This document shows, in pieces, positions 1-14,730 of a stretch of DNA of 64,000 bases (its first letter is position 1; each line of letters opens with the position of its first letter). The translations under genes and the position numbers were made by a program. The notes under the pieces were generated by a model. That model did not search any database and was not told the DNA's origin. It saw only the letters and a program-made list of their open reading frames with translations. Source of the DNA: Octopus vulgaris (lineage: Eukaryota); contig OX597816.1 of the NCBI GenBank assembly GCA_951406725.2, positions 81,220,001-81,284,000 of the forward strand. The letters run 5' to 3'.

Positions 1-840
1 CCCGCCTGATGATCATCCATATCTCTTGATGACCGCTTCGCGAAAAAAAATTGCTCGAATGTGGTTTATAGTGGAAACTAGATTAACTCTTGTTAATTTA
101 TATTTGCCGTAATCAGAATTGATTTAAATTTCAAAAAAACAAACCAGTTATGATGGTGGTGATCAGCCTCATCAGTATCGAATATAAGAAGACATTAAAG
201 AGGTACTTTGTACTTTTTTTTTTTTTAGTTGTTTGTCATTTTTTTTTTCACTCTGAATTCCTATCTGCTGTTTTCCTAAATGCCACCAGATTATGTAAGC
301 GAAATTTTACTCACAAACACAAAATCGTGCTTGTATCTCTGGGGATGTGCACATCTATTATATATCAGAATTTATAAGTGGAGTTTATTTATTTTCTCAC
401 GGCTTACGTTTCATCTGTCACTTCAGTTGCACAAACTCAGTACACAAAGTCAGGCACGAGCACAGACACGCACATTGTGTGTGTGTGTCTGATTTTGTTA
501 TGGGAGTTCATAAGAATCAAGGCACACCATCTCGATGGATGTCAGAAATGGCTAGCGATAACATAAAGCTCAAAGTGAAGTAAACAACATTGAAGACATC
601 AAGTGTTGATAGGATACCGTAGATACGCAAGTAGCAAATCCAATTTATACGATAGATCCGACTGAGGGATGAGACCATTAGTTTGTTACGTACAGGTTGT
701 TTCAAATCTTACCTGTTTAAAATTTTGTCAGATGATATTGGATTATATTTAATGATGTAATTTTTTTAATAAATTAAATAAATAAAATTTTAACGAAGCA
801 GCCGTCGTAAATTTTAAACGATATTTGTGCTTGCTTCATA

Positions 841-1114
841 TTCTTTTATTCTTTTATTTATTTCAGTCATGTTGCTGTGGCCATGCTGGAGCACCACCTT
901 TAGTCGAGCAAATCGACCCCAGGACATATTCTTTGTAAGCCTAGTGCGTATTCTATCGGTCTCTTTTGCCGAACCGCTAAGTTACGGGAACGTAAACACA
1001 ACAACATCGGTTGCCATGCGATGTTGGGAGGACAAATATAGACATACAATACATATACATATATATGATGGGCTTCTTTCAGTTTCCGTCTACCAAATCC
1101 ACTCACAAGGCTTT
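841..1114 (-). mobile_element. SINE family A, headless copy
   Basis: Reverse-complement match to ~18815-19090. Confidence 0.8.
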
Positions 1115-1719
1115 TGTCTCTCCTTAGGGCTATCTTTTGTTTAAAAATCCTACTTTTTTTCATATTTAGGGAGGGTCATTATGCCAATAATTATAAATAC
1201 ACTTGTTCAGTTTTACACCTTAGAGGAGTGAAACTGAACCAGATCATGTTTATTGCTGTTATTGGCATAATGACCCTCTGTAGATACAAGTTCTGTTGCA
1301 AACAAAATACAAACACCAAGTAAAAATCCTAACTTGGAAAATGTATTGTTGTGTCGTTCAAATTGTTCAAACTGATGTTTGTTTTTCACTGATAAAATTT
1401 TATTTTATCGCGTGCAACGCGTAAACTTTGCCGTGACATCACATTGAAAATTACCCTCCACCCCGCCTTTACTGCATATTTATATTCATATTCACTTTTT
1501 TGATGGGGTGTTTCTCTCCGGAAATGTCATCTTCGAAAAATGACAAAAAGTAGACATCCAACGCATTCCAGAATATTTTCTTTAGAAATTTATCTCGAAT
1601 GAAATGTTTTTCTTTAGTTGTGCTAGGTCAAAATTCCCAAACTCTTTGAGCAAGCTGAAGTCACTTCCACTCACAGCAACATTTTATAATGGTAATGACT
1701 GCAATAACAATATTAATAA

Positions 1720-2121
1720 TTGCTCCTAATTTAGGCACATTTCTAGGGGAAGGGTCGAGTCGACCCAGAACTTGACCAGCACTTCATTTTATCCATTTCA
1801 AAAGAAGAAAAGCAAAGTTACACGGTGAGATTTTGAACTGAGAATGTAAATGTCAGAACAAATGTAGCAAGGCACTTTCTTCGATGCTAAAACTATTCGG
1901 CCAGCTCGTGACGATAATAATCCTTTCTACTAAAGGCGGAAGGCTGAAATTTGGTGGGAGGAGCTAGTCAATTACATCACCACCAGGGCTCAACTGGTAC
2001 TTATTTCATCGATCCCGAAGGATGAAAAACAAAGTCAACCTCGGCGAATTGGAACTCAGAACGGATGAAATGCCGCTAAGAGTTTTGCCCGGCATGCTAA
2101 CGATTTTGCCAGCTTGACACT

Positions 2122-2122
<1 letters not shown>
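1720..2122 (-). mobile_element. Two tandem copies of SINE family C (Meta-SINE-like core)
   Basis: Minus strand GCTGGCAAAATCGTTAG...GCCGAGGTTGACTTTG..TTTCATCCTTCGGGATCGATGAAATAAGTACCAG; related copies at 20270-20475 and 34970-35175. Confidence 0.7.
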
Positions 2123-2184
<62 letters not shown>

Positions 2185-2185
2185 G

Positions 2186-2528
2186 TGCCATCTCAAGGCG
2201 GTTACAATACCAGTGATCATAGGAGCACTAGGAATGATCAAGAAGGAAACTGAAAATTATATGAGAATGATCCCTGGCTTACCATCCCTGCAAGAAGTGC
2301 AAAAGATTGTCTTAACTGGTACATCACACGTATTGAGAAGAGCATTGTCGATGTGAGAACTGTTGCTGCTTATGTATTTTAATTTAACTTAAAAAAAAAA
2401 AAAAAATTTTTAAATGAACAAACTATTGAGTTTGGTTTAATGGCCTACCAATGAGTTTCTTTGCCCTAGGAGTCGGGAAGGTACTCGGCAAGAAATGGAA
2501 GCAAATTTGAAAGAAGAAAAAAAAAGTA
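2186..2528 (+). mobile_element. 5'-truncated 3' end of an R4/Dong-clade (RLE) LINE inserted in (TAA)n
   Basis: 2186-2356 translates HLKAVTIPVIIGALGMIKK...PSLQEVQKIVLTGTSHVLRRALSM*, typical of the R4/Dong C-terminus; then 3' UTR; TAA repeats on both sides. Confidence 0.75.
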
Positions 2529-2644
2529 ACAATAATAATAATAATAATAATAAATATTGAAGTAAAAATTATGATTTTAAAAAAAGAAAATAACACAAAC
2601 GTTGCTGTACAACTTATTGGGAAAACTCTTGCAACACTTCAGTG

Positions 2645-3730
2645 TAGTGACAACAACAAAAGCTACAATTGAAGAATCAGCGACAACAATACCAAAAACT
2701 GCCGTGACAACAATACCAAAAACTGCTGTGGCAACAATTGCAGTAGTAACAAGAACTGCAGTCACAACAAAGTAGCAGCAACAACTACACGACATCCGTA
2801 GCAGCAACAACTTTTGATGCAACGACAACAACAGCAACTGCATTAGGCACAACAATTGCAGTAGCGACGAGCAGAAAACAAGTGCAATAGCTAAAATTAA
2901 AAAAACAAGTTCCGTAACACTGACTATTGTACCTCCAACAATGTCAACAACTGCAATAGTGAAAACACTAGCAGAAACAAATGTTGTATTAACTACAAGA
3001 GCAACAATTGCTGTGGTGCAGCAATAATAGCAACAACCACAGCGGTGTCAACAATAGCAGCATTAATAACAACCGCAATAGTATATACAACTGAAGTGTC
3101 GCGACAATAATAGCAACAACTGAAACGATGATAATAACAATCGCAACCTCTCGGATGTCGCCTACTTCGGTAATAACAGCTGCAGTAGCGAAAATAACAA
3201 TAGCAACAGTTGCAGTGGCGCAAAAATGATTGCAACAACAGCAGTAGCCACGACAACAATAGCAGCATTTTCGGTATCATTCGACTTCAGAAGCAACAAT
3301 AGCAACATCTTCGACATCGGTGGCAACGACAACAGTATAACAAAAGCAACATTTTCAATATCATCAACTTCAGTAGCAACAACAGCAGCAATGAGAGCAA
3401 CTGTAGTTAAAACAACTGCAGCAACAGCATCTGCATTAGTAAGAACAAAAGCAAACCAAGTGCAAAAATATTGCGTATTATCTGCAGTTGAAACAACAAC
3501 TATAATTGCAACAGCAGCAATAAGTACAGAGGACAACAACAACTGCAACAAATGCAGCGACAACCAACTGCTGTAATACTAAGTGTGCTGCATATCTGCA
3601 CTAAAAACATTTGCAACAATAACTGCAGTAACATCAAACTGCTTTAACAGAAACATACAATGCAGTCATAGCAATTACAAGAACAAAATTGTGCAGCATT
3701 TAAGTTTTCAGCAACAGCAACTGTAGCAGC
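2645..3730. repeat. Cryptic (ACA/GCA)n low-complexity tract
   Basis: About 1.1 kb of degenerate triplets such as GCAACAACAGCAGTAGCA. Confidence 0.8.
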
Positions 3731-4017
3731 GAAAGATTTAAAAAAATAGAACAACAGATATGAGTTTAAATAAATTATAAAATATCAAATTACACTCAGA
3801 CTACAGAAAAATGTTTATCTCTCCTGTTTCATTATCGCTCTCTCTCTCTCTCCTACCCATTTTATATATATATATATACTCACATGCAGGCATATACATG
3901 AATGTATATATAGACATAAATATGTAGATATGTGTATAGATGTATATATAACTACACAGATGTGTGTATGCATGTATGTGTGTGCGTAATATATTTATAT
4001 ATACATATATAGTATGA

Positions 4018-4074
<57 letters not shown>

Positions 4075-4213
4075 GCATATAAATGTATATACATTTATAC
4101 AAATATATATATATATATATATACATTTATACATTTATACAGTACGTAAATATAAATATATAAATGTATATACATTTATACAAATATATATGAGGTGGGG
4201 GTGTTTATTAATG

Positions 4214-4247
<34 letters not shown>

Positions 4248-4619
4248 TGTATGTATGTATGTATGTATGTATGTATGTATGTATGTATGTATTTATGTGC
4301 AGATACATGTACGCATACACTCACATTTTCAAACAGCTGCGACAACCACAAGCAGAACTATGTTGTAGACGGAATATTCCAAAATGATAAATTGTCTGTG
4401 ATTCTGTTCATAGTGGCAGAAAACCTTTTGTCACACCTGTTGAGGAAATAACCAAAACTACATCTTAAGAACTGCAGATTAGAGGAAATTTAATGTCGTA
4501 AACACGTTTTGGTTTGTTTCCATTTTGTTTTTACGATGATTTGAAGCTCTATTCAGATAATATTCACCTCGCCAAGTGATATTAAAGCTGGTCACATTTT
4601 CATAGGAGATAAGAATGGA

Positions 4620-5880
4620 GATTGGTCAGGATAAATGTTCATATATGATAACCAATCGGGGAAAGATTATTAAACAGACAAGAAATATTGATATCAATAC
4701 GTCATTCCCCTATGTCCTATGACGAATGTTAGAAGTATTTCGTAATTGATGAGAATTTTCCATATATTGATGCTGTGAGCATAGTTAGAGTGGCAAGGGA
4801 GTACTTCAGCAGACTTTGGAAGATACGTATATCAGAGCTGTCAACAAACAACAAGACGATATCTCATAATGTTTCTATAGTACCAGTGCTCGTACCAACA
4901 TTCGGCACACTAGAATGGATTCGAAACTCAAGAGATTCGAAACTTGAGTATCAGACTCAGGAAGATTTAAACCACTATGTGTACAATCCATCTCAACAGT
5001 AACAATGACAAGATGTAGAATGGAGTCACAATCATACAGTCTGTCCAAAAGACTGCATTGTATCACTCCGCCAACTCACACTGAACATTAACGAGAGAAA
5101 TAAACACGCGAACTCAACAGTGAAAAATAATATCTTGAGAGCAAATGAATGATTGAACTAGCACTCTGAATGTACAGCTGTTCCATGTAGTCCAAATTTA
5201 GCAAGACTAACCAACTCAAGCAGTAGCTTGGAGGCGAAACATTCATCTTATCAGCAAGAATTTATGCATGGGTAGAAATCCCACCATAAAGAGAAACCAA
5301 AAGTATTTGACAGGAAAAGTGGCTTCTCCTGAACCTGTGACACAGATCAAATTTCACTAAGAATGATACACTTTCGCTATTCAGACTCAAGAGAAAGCCA
5401 CTAAATACCTTACCAATAAGAAAGATAAGGATGCTTCTAAACTTTTACATTGTGATAGAAAATATTGTGCCAAACTAGTGCAAAATATATCAACGTCATT
5501 AGCAGCTGTTCAAAAATGTCTACAAATTACTACTTTGCCATATTTTCAATAGTATCCACACATACCTTTAAAAATAAGGAATACTTTCAATAACAACTTC
5601 AATTCAGTACAAACACAACAGACAGACCTTATACTGTTCAGTGTGCAAAAGGAACACATTCATGACGAACTAATATGAAGCTTAAAATACTTATTCCCAG
5701 ACTATAATTCCGCAGTTGTAACTATTGTTATAGGTACACTAGGTTCTCTAACAACTGATTTGTCAAAAAACCTGGAAATGCTTGATTTTCCCAAGGTGCA
5801 ACGCAGCAAATTAATTCATGCACCCCACCCCCCACCTCCCATTGTAATTGACTAGTGATACAGTAAAGGTTTATAAAATA
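4620..5880 (+). mobile_element. Degraded R4/Dong-like LINE RT/RLE remnant
   Basis: EYFSRLWKIRISELSTNNKTISHNVSIVPVLVPTFGTLEW resembles the post-RT region of R4/Dong elements; IVIGTLGS near 5725 resembles the C-terminal motif; many stops and frameshifts. Confidence 0.6.
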
Positions 5881-6522
5881 TTTTCAGAAATTCTGTTTCA
5901 GTTTCCTCCAATGAAAAGATTCACACAATCCTGGATGCATATGCCATGTACATGAACATGTTTGTGAACTCAAGATATATGTGTAATCATTACGCAATTG
6001 CAAGTATATTCATACTTAAACCGATATATATGCACATATTACACAGGTACAAATTTATAAAACTGTCTTCACTAATAAAAAGTGCAAAGAAATAATACAG
6101 ATTACAATGGAAAATCATACATACGCGCACACATATGTAAATACATATAAATATGTGATTGGATCCTGCCTCGGTTTTGATTATGTTTTTTCTAATTGTT
6201 CGATCGATTGAACTTGCCTAATTAGCGTGTGTGCAGCTAAGTATCTCAAAGACATCTAAACTTACTACAATCTTCAAGCACAGAAACAGTATGTAGCAAT
6301 CCGGTCCATTACATGAGAGATAGAGTCCATTCGACCAGCTTCCACAATTTTCATCTACTAAATTTCACGCAAAAGGCTTAGCTAAACTTGAGGCTAAGTT
6401 GAAGACACATAAGATGGGAAGATGTTACGTAGATATTGCGAACTTGAAACCTCGTGACTGCAAAACAAATGCCATAACTATAGGTTAATATTTTCACCTG
6501 TGCATACGAAAATACAAACATA

Positions 6523-6585
<63 letters not shown>

Positions 6586-6783
6586 GCACGCATATTTGTG
6601 TGTGGCTCCCTATACATTGTATGAATATATACATATATATGCGTAGGAGGTTATTCTGATTCATGATCATCTGGTAATGGTAAGCGTCGCATGGAGTGGG
6701 GTCTTGATGATGATGATGACAACGATAACTGTGACAATAACGCTGGTGGTGATTGCAATGGTTATGACAATAGCGTTTTATGT

Positions 6784-6887
<104 letters not shown>

Positions 6888-8436
6888 TTCCTTGTTTGGT
6901 TCAATCAATACGCTTTATACTAAACTGACTGAATTCATCAAATTTTCAAGAATAATTGAAAGAAACCTCCGGAAATGATACCTGCCAGTGATTACCGTTC
7001 TTTGCAAAGATAAAAAATAAGCAGAAGACCAATGAACCGTTGATATCGGTGAAAGCATTAATTTAGCTACTATTGTGAACCTACCAACAGCGCCAAAGCT
7101 TTTCAATAACATGTTTGCGAATTCATGTGGTTTTGTAGAAAGAACAGAACAAAAGCCGGCAATTTCGTTGTCATCTAATGAAGTAAATGATTCGATGAGA
7201 GCATAGACAACTATGTCGAAAGTTAATCTTCGTCCAAGTAACAAGAATATATAGTAAAGACGTTGCTGGTTTCTGTAAATAGATGAGCGGTAAGCTTCTT
7301 CGTCTATGATACCCTAACATATTGCGGATAGTTTCAGCTTTTGTCTGCCGTATTGAGTAAAGAAAAGTACAATGGCGAATCACTCGTCCTTTCCACGGAG
7401 TTTCTTGTATAGCTGTAAAATAAATAATGCACGCTTTAGCTAAGTGGATCTAGGACGCTGGGAATTAAATGTATCAATCACAGACACAAATTAATGTTGA
7501 CTGTGATGAAATACTATCCCTACCAACTACCTATGTTCGTCTAAATCGGTTGAGAGCAGACTCGAACATCTAAATAATCTAAACACGTGAATGAAGAACT
7601 ATACACGAGTAAATATTCTAATATTCTCCCAGACATTCATTAGTGAATGACACAATTCATGAGTAAAGAATTTTCTAATTCAGACGCATTTAACGACTTG
7701 TTGCATACGACAGTGTGCAACACTTGGAACGAAGACAATTTTATTCGCGGACCAATTCTCACACGTTGAGAGAACAGTGGTTAATTATACTTTCTAGCAT
7801 GTAGTAATAGTTATAATTAAGTTTGTGCATATAAACTTGCTCAGTTTTGCTGTGAAGTTTAATTTAGGTGAAAACCCAAGTTATTGACAACACGTGAACA
7901 GACAACAGACTGCCGCGATTTTGTTCACTTTCGTATTACTTCTGGTTTAGTATGCCAGACACATTCTCTGGGCATTTACACAAATTGCAAGCACCATTTG
8001 TTGTTAATTTTCGTAATTATTTTTGACATTTGCCGATATGCAGATAACATTTGCTGTAAACTTCTTGAATGTTTACAAATAAAGGAAGGCTTCTATGGGA
8101 ATTAACAAATTCTATTGCCAGGAACATTGTGCAATAGAATCCAAACGAACGTTAATAAGCAAAATAGTAACGTTAATAATGATTTTTTTTTCTTACATTG
8201 GTACTAAGCCACATACTTTTTTCGCAGAAGATAATATTTCTTCAGGGACTTGATATAATATTCTGATTCCTTTTGAATAAATAGAAGGATAATTTTTTAC
8301 AATGGAGATGTTTTAGCTGATTGGATCAATTGCATAACATTACTGCTACTTATTTCATCGATACACAAAGATAAAAATGTATGTCGATACTATTGTATAT
8401 GTGTGTCGACATACTTATGTATGTAATCTTAGTGTT

Positions 8437-8480
<44 letters not shown>

Positions 8481-8673
8481 CGTACGTATGTATGCATGTA
8501 TGTATACGCGTGACGGATGGACAGACAGACAGACAAACATAGATAGATAGATAGATGGGAAAAAAGATAATGTTAACGCAAAATGCTTGGAATTTAATCC
8601 GAATATGTCCTAAGATAGCACAGTTGTGCACAGAGCTACTAAACTGCGTTATGATACACGTCTAATCATTCCT

Positions 8674-8708
<35 letters not shown>

Positions 8709-8960
8709 ATATTCATATGCATATATAAATATATTTATACATATACAAACACACTCACACACATTTTGAAATCAACTGCCTTCAAAACTACTTACTGAAA
8801 TGAAAGTAACCTCCCATTTCTGATCTCTATAAGTAGCATTAGCGCCATACTCAGACAAATGAGACTGATACTGTTTGACAAACGTATATATACAACGTGC
8901 ATACATAAACAGGTACATAGCATTCATGCTTATAAATATTCATATCACGTAAACACACAA

Positions 8961-8991
<31 letters not shown>

Positions 8992-9005
8992 CATACATAC
9001 ATACA

Positions 9006-9039
<34 letters not shown>

Positions 9040-10711
9040 CATACGGTTATTATTATTAAGTGTTTAAGCCATTGTCTTGAGCAGCCGGAGGTCTCTAGAA
9101 AAGATAGAGGCCATCGGATATGTGTTCTAAAAATTCCCTTGGTAAGCAGAACAGTGAAAGCAAGCAAAACATTTCAGAAATACATCATGTGGATCTTAAA
9201 TACATAAACATGGGGGTGGAGTTATGAGTGTGTAGGGTACATTAAAAAAGAGTACACACGAAGGACACAATTACTCAACTACACTTTCTAAATGACCCTT
9301 TTCAATTCAGTATCTGTCAAAAACCTGCAGTTTACGTGAATGATTGAAGCTCAGCATGGCCGCAGCTTTCGGGCTGAAACATTTTTAAAGATTTAAAGAA
9401 GATATTCATAACAGGTGAATGGAAAATGATGAAATGAGACAGTGCTACACTATACGCGATCAGCTCTTCAAACGCCTTTCCGGGCTCAAAAATTATCTGA
9501 GATCTCGTGCTAGGAAACAGCAATAACATAATAGGTCAAGATCTGCAAGGAGCAGCCAGCCACCATGTAACTACCTTCCTCTATTCATAGATGTATGAAT
9601 GCCATACGTTAACATGTGTTGACGTCATGATAGAGAATTCTAATAATTCATTGAGAATGGATACCGCTGAAACTATCGTCTTGTATTTATACCTAGAGTA
9701 AGTCAACTTGGTAAGGCTCATCCCTTAATAAAAAAAAATCCATGAGTTGAACTCAATACAGAACGCAAACAAAGCACTTGTCAAATTAACAAGAGCTAGC
9801 ATTACGTTGGACTATGCTCATTCAGTAACCGCTGTCAAGATATAAGGGGAAGCAGTTGGGCAAAGTCTACATGATATGAACTTGCGATCTTTAGTTGTCG
9901 AACAATCCAACAACTGTATCTACAACTACAGCATATATACTGAAGAAAATATATAAAATATTGAATAATAAATATAATAAATTATATATGATATAATTTA
10001 CTTCAGATATACAAAATTGTTGTTTTTATTTTTGTTTTTGCTTTTTTTGTTGGGAGTTGTTTTTTGCATACGTAGAAGAACTAGTCAAAGAAGGAACGAC
10101 AACACCAATGATCTTATCTAAGAATCTTAATTGGGATTTAAGCAATACTCTAAGTCTAATGTGAAGATAAAGAGAAACTGCGACTAATCTGATACGGTCA
10201 ATCTCACGGGCATACAGCTTCTGCATATCTAATTTAATGAAGAAGGTTTCGATCGACCTAAGATTATAGTAGAAAACGTCTATCTTGTTACACAGTTAAA
10301 TCGAACGCGCAACATCTTGAATACACAACCGCATATGCATCTATGTGCGTTAGTGAGTCTAAACACAAAACATTGTATGTACACATACAAATGTAAGATT
10401 TCTAATGAACTGGAACAAAGCCAAACATTTATAGAGGAAGGTGGTATAGCAAGGTAGTCTATGCTCTTGCGTATGTCGGCGACTAAGAATATGACTTGAA
10501 TTATTGAATGTGAGATTAATCTCAACTCATTAAAAAATACGAATGTCAAGAATGCCATAATTTACAGACAAGATATTTCAATGACAGACAGTTTGCAAAT
10601 GAATCACATAATACATGAAAATTTGCCATATATATATACACAGGCATACGCCACACACATACACACACATACACACACACACACACACATACACACATAT
10701 ATACACACATA

Positions 10712-10931
10712 TTTCTTTTATTCTGTTATTCATTTACTTGTTTCAGTTATTTGATTGTGGCCATGCTGTAGCACCGCATTCAGTCGAACAAATCGAACCC
10801 AGGACTCATTCTTTGTAAGACTAGTAGTTATTCTACCGTCTCTTTTGCCGAAACGCTAGGTTACGGGGACGTAAACATAACAACATCGGTTGTCAAGCGA
10901 TGATGGGGAGACAATCGCACACACACACACG

Positions 10932-10975
<44 letters not shown>

Positions 10976-11136
10976 GACGGGCTTTTTTCAGTTTCCATCT
11001 ACCAAATCTACTCAAAAGGCTTTGGTCGGCCCGAGGTATCGTAGAAGACACTTGCCCAAGGGGCGATGCAGTGGGACTGAGCCCGAAACCACCTGATTGA
11101 GAAGCAAGCTTCTTACCACGCAGCCACGCCTGCGCC
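10712..11136 (-). mobile_element. SINE family A, full-length
   Basis: Reverse-complement match to 18700-19096. Confidence 0.85.
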
Positions 11137-11503
11137 TATATATATATATATTTAAAAACCGATGAACGTTTGTGTTTTCAAACGAAGAAAAATGTACTCA
11201 ATATCTAAAATAGATGACATCTACTTTACCAGAAAGTTCAATCTTCTTCTGTCGTAAATATGGGTTTCACAATACAGATTTTTCAAACGACTAAAGTAGG
11301 GAAGCTGGTCTTCCATAAACAACATTGACCGGACTTGTGCCTGGGAGGGTAACTTTCTAGGTGCAATCTCATGGTCTATGTCGTGACCGAAGGGATTGCA
11401 CCTAGAAAGTTATCTCAGATATATATATATATAATACACACATATTAACACATATAAATATATACCTATATACATCTATATGCACATCGTATATGCCACT
11501 GCA

Positions 11504-11787
11504 TGTCTTCTACTATAGCCTCGGGCCGACCAAAGACTTGTGAGTGGATTTGGTAGACCGAAACTGAAAGAAGTCCATCGAATATACATGTGTGTGTGTG
11601 TGTTTGTCACCCCCACCATCGCTTGATGCTGCTGTGTTTGCACCCCCGTAACATAGCGGTTCGGTATATCTGACCGATAGAATAAGTACTTAAAAAGAAT
11701 GAGTTTCTGGGGTCGATTTGTTTGACTACAGGAGGAACTCCAGCATGGCTTCAGGCAAATGACAAACAAATAAAAGAGTAAAAGAGT
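11504..11787 (+). mobile_element. SINE family A, 5'-truncated
   Basis: TGTCTTCTACTATAGCCTCGGGCCGACC...TAAAAGAGTAAAAGAG. Confidence 0.8.
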
Positions 11788-11874
11788 ATATATATATATA
11801 TACATGCAAATACATGTATATAAATAAATATAGATATATATATATATATATATATTCATATATGTATAAACATT

Positions 11875-11936
<62 letters not shown>

Positions 11937-12766
11937 TACACACATACATACATATACTTACACATACACCCATACATTTACATACACATATACACAAATA
12001 TGTATGTATGAATCTATATGGTGTCGGTCATGGGTCCCCGTCAATCGAAATGACAAATCAGTTCTTTCATTGAATTAATTACGTGCTACTGAATTAAAGT
12101 GTAATTAGCAGAGCATTCCACAGACACGTTTCACTATAATATTATTATCTCTGGCAGAAACAGCGTGGCAGAGTGTGTAGTAAGTTTGTCACTTATAAAT
12201 AAGAAGAAAAATGCAGGTGTATATATGTGTGTATGTATGCATATATGTGTGTGTGTATATATGTACACACATACACACAAACATACACACGCATTGGGAG
12301 TTATAACAGCTCTCAAACAGAAAAGCTTGCACTTATCCGAACTCCCCGTCCGTCCAATCTGGAGTGTGGAACAGGTGCTGCAATACCAAGCAGATTCAAA
12401 GGCCCATACCGATTTAATATATTGCCAAAACAACCTGAGAGAACTAGGTCGGATGGAGGAAAGGGTCATCATGCACCAACATGACCGTCTACTTTCGAAA
12501 GATCCCACATGAAACTGCATTGCAGCAAGAAACTCAACACGGGGTAGCAATGTCGAAATCCTGCCTTCACAAAAAGCCAAGCACATGCGAATGGCTATTG
12601 AAAAGGTAACGATACAGGTGATACCAACATATGGCAACAGCCTTTCCGCTGAGAACCATATGTTATACATAAGTATGCATGTGTGTGTGTATGTGCGGTG
12701 GGTGGGTGTGTATACAAGAATACAAATATATACAAACATATGCATATATATATATATATATTTATG

Positions 12767-12819
<53 letters not shown>

Positions 12820-12894
12820 TATACATAAATATATGCGTATGCACATATAGACACATACATACTCCATGAAATAAATTTACGTATATTAGCCAGA

Positions 12895-12953
12895 AAAATC
12901 CGCGGTGTACTGTGTGCATGATAGGTGAACCGCGATATGGCGAGGGATTACTG
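12895..12953 (-). mobile_element. Pogo/Tigger-like terminus fragment
   Basis: Minus strand TA|CAGTAATCCCTCGCCATATCGCGG; partner end not found. Confidence 0.45.
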
Positions 12954-12986
12954 TATATATATAATATACATACACACACACACACA

Positions 12987-13028
<42 letters not shown>

Positions 13029-13226
13029 GGGTGTGTATATATATATATATCATATATGCATATATATGTGTGTAGACATGTACATATAGGTATATACATA
13101 CCAATACATATATATGTACCTTATGTATACATGAACATGCATGTACATAATATATGTATACATATGGGTATGTACATATACATACATTTATATGAATATA
13201 TATTATACATATATATACACACACAG

Positions 13227-13262
<36 letters not shown>

Positions 13263-13431
13263 CTCATATATCATATATATATTATATATATATTATATCA
13301 TAATATATATATATATCATATATATTATATCATAATATATATATATATAATATGTATATTATATATTATAATATATATATATATAATATGTATATTATAT
13401 ATTATAATATATATATATATAATATGTATAT

Positions 13432-13505
<74 letters not shown>

Positions 13506-13530
13506 GACACATATATATATATCTCATATA

Positions 13531-13577
<47 letters not shown>

Positions 13578-13673
13578 TATATATACATATATATATATCC
13601 AATATATATATATATATATATATAGAAATACCAGCGATATTAATTATTTTTATTTTATCGCAATTTGACTTTG

Positions 13674-13746
<73 letters not shown>

Positions 13747-13838
13747 ATGTATTATATACATATTATATATATGGGGCTATTTAGTTAGACATGGCCTGGT
13801 CCTATACTGGCGGAAACCTATCAAAGTTATCTATATCG

Positions 13839-13888
<50 letters not shown>

Positions 13889-13910
13889 TTATCTATCTAT
13901 CTCTATATAT
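12950..13910. repeat. Compound (TA)n/(CA)n/(CTAT)n microsatellite field
   Basis: Direct inspection. Confidence 0.9.
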
Positions 13911-13912
13911 AT

Positions 13913-14205
13913 GAGTGCATGGCTCAGTGGTTAGAGCGTCGCACCGGGCTGCATGTTGTGATCTTAAGTAAGACACATTATTTCACGTTGCTTAAGTTCA
14001 CTCAGCTGTAGAAATGAGTTGCGACGTCACTGGTGCCAACCTGTATCGGCCTTTGCCTGTCCCTTGGATAACGTCGGTGGCGGGGAGAGGGGAAGGCTGT
14101 ATGCAGGGGCGACTGCTGGTCTTCTATAAACAACCTTGCCCGGACTTGTGCCACGGAGGGTAACTTTGTAGGTGTAATCCCATGGTCACTCATGATCGAA
14201 GGGGA
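13913..14205 (+). mobile_element. tRNA-derived SINE, family B
   Basis: A box TGGCTCAGTGG; body TTCACTCAGCTGTAGAAATGAGTTGCGACGTCAC shared with 46788-47083; 3' part shared with 11298-11395. Confidence 0.8.
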
Positions 14206-14622
14206 TCGCGACTCGGTGATATATATATATATATATATAATTATTATTATTATTTATATACGTGTAAATATATGTTCTGATGTAACACACATTAGAACTT
14301 GTGTATAAATTGGTATTAAACACTCAGTAATTCACTCAGTAAGCATATCAGTCAAATGGTGTTACTACAGAATAAGTCTAAAAGTTTATGAATGTAAGAA
14401 AGTGCATGTCACTAAGCGTATGTATTCGTGTGCGTGTGTGTGTATATATGTGTGTGTGCTTGTATGTGTGTATGTATGTATGCATATATATATATGTATA
14501 CATGTATATATATGTTTTATATATATGCATATACATACAGAATTATATGCATATACATACATATATATATATTTATACATACGTATATACATATCTGTAT
14601 ATAAATATATATGCACATGCGT

Positions 14623-14663
<41 letters not shown>

Positions 14664-14681
14664 GACACACACACACATACA

Positions 14682-14730
<49 letters not shown>

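Noticed and set aside
517-705. Hydrophobic minus-strand ORF as aquaporin exon 2
   Set aside because: No TM4/TM5 or second NPA similarity.
3226-3576. Mucin-like Thr/Ala ORF
   Set aside because: Inside cryptic triplet repeat; neighbouring sequence has stops; no signal peptide or splice support.
12290-12660. Complex island between microsatellites
   Set aside because: Probably a TE fragment, but no motif I can identify.
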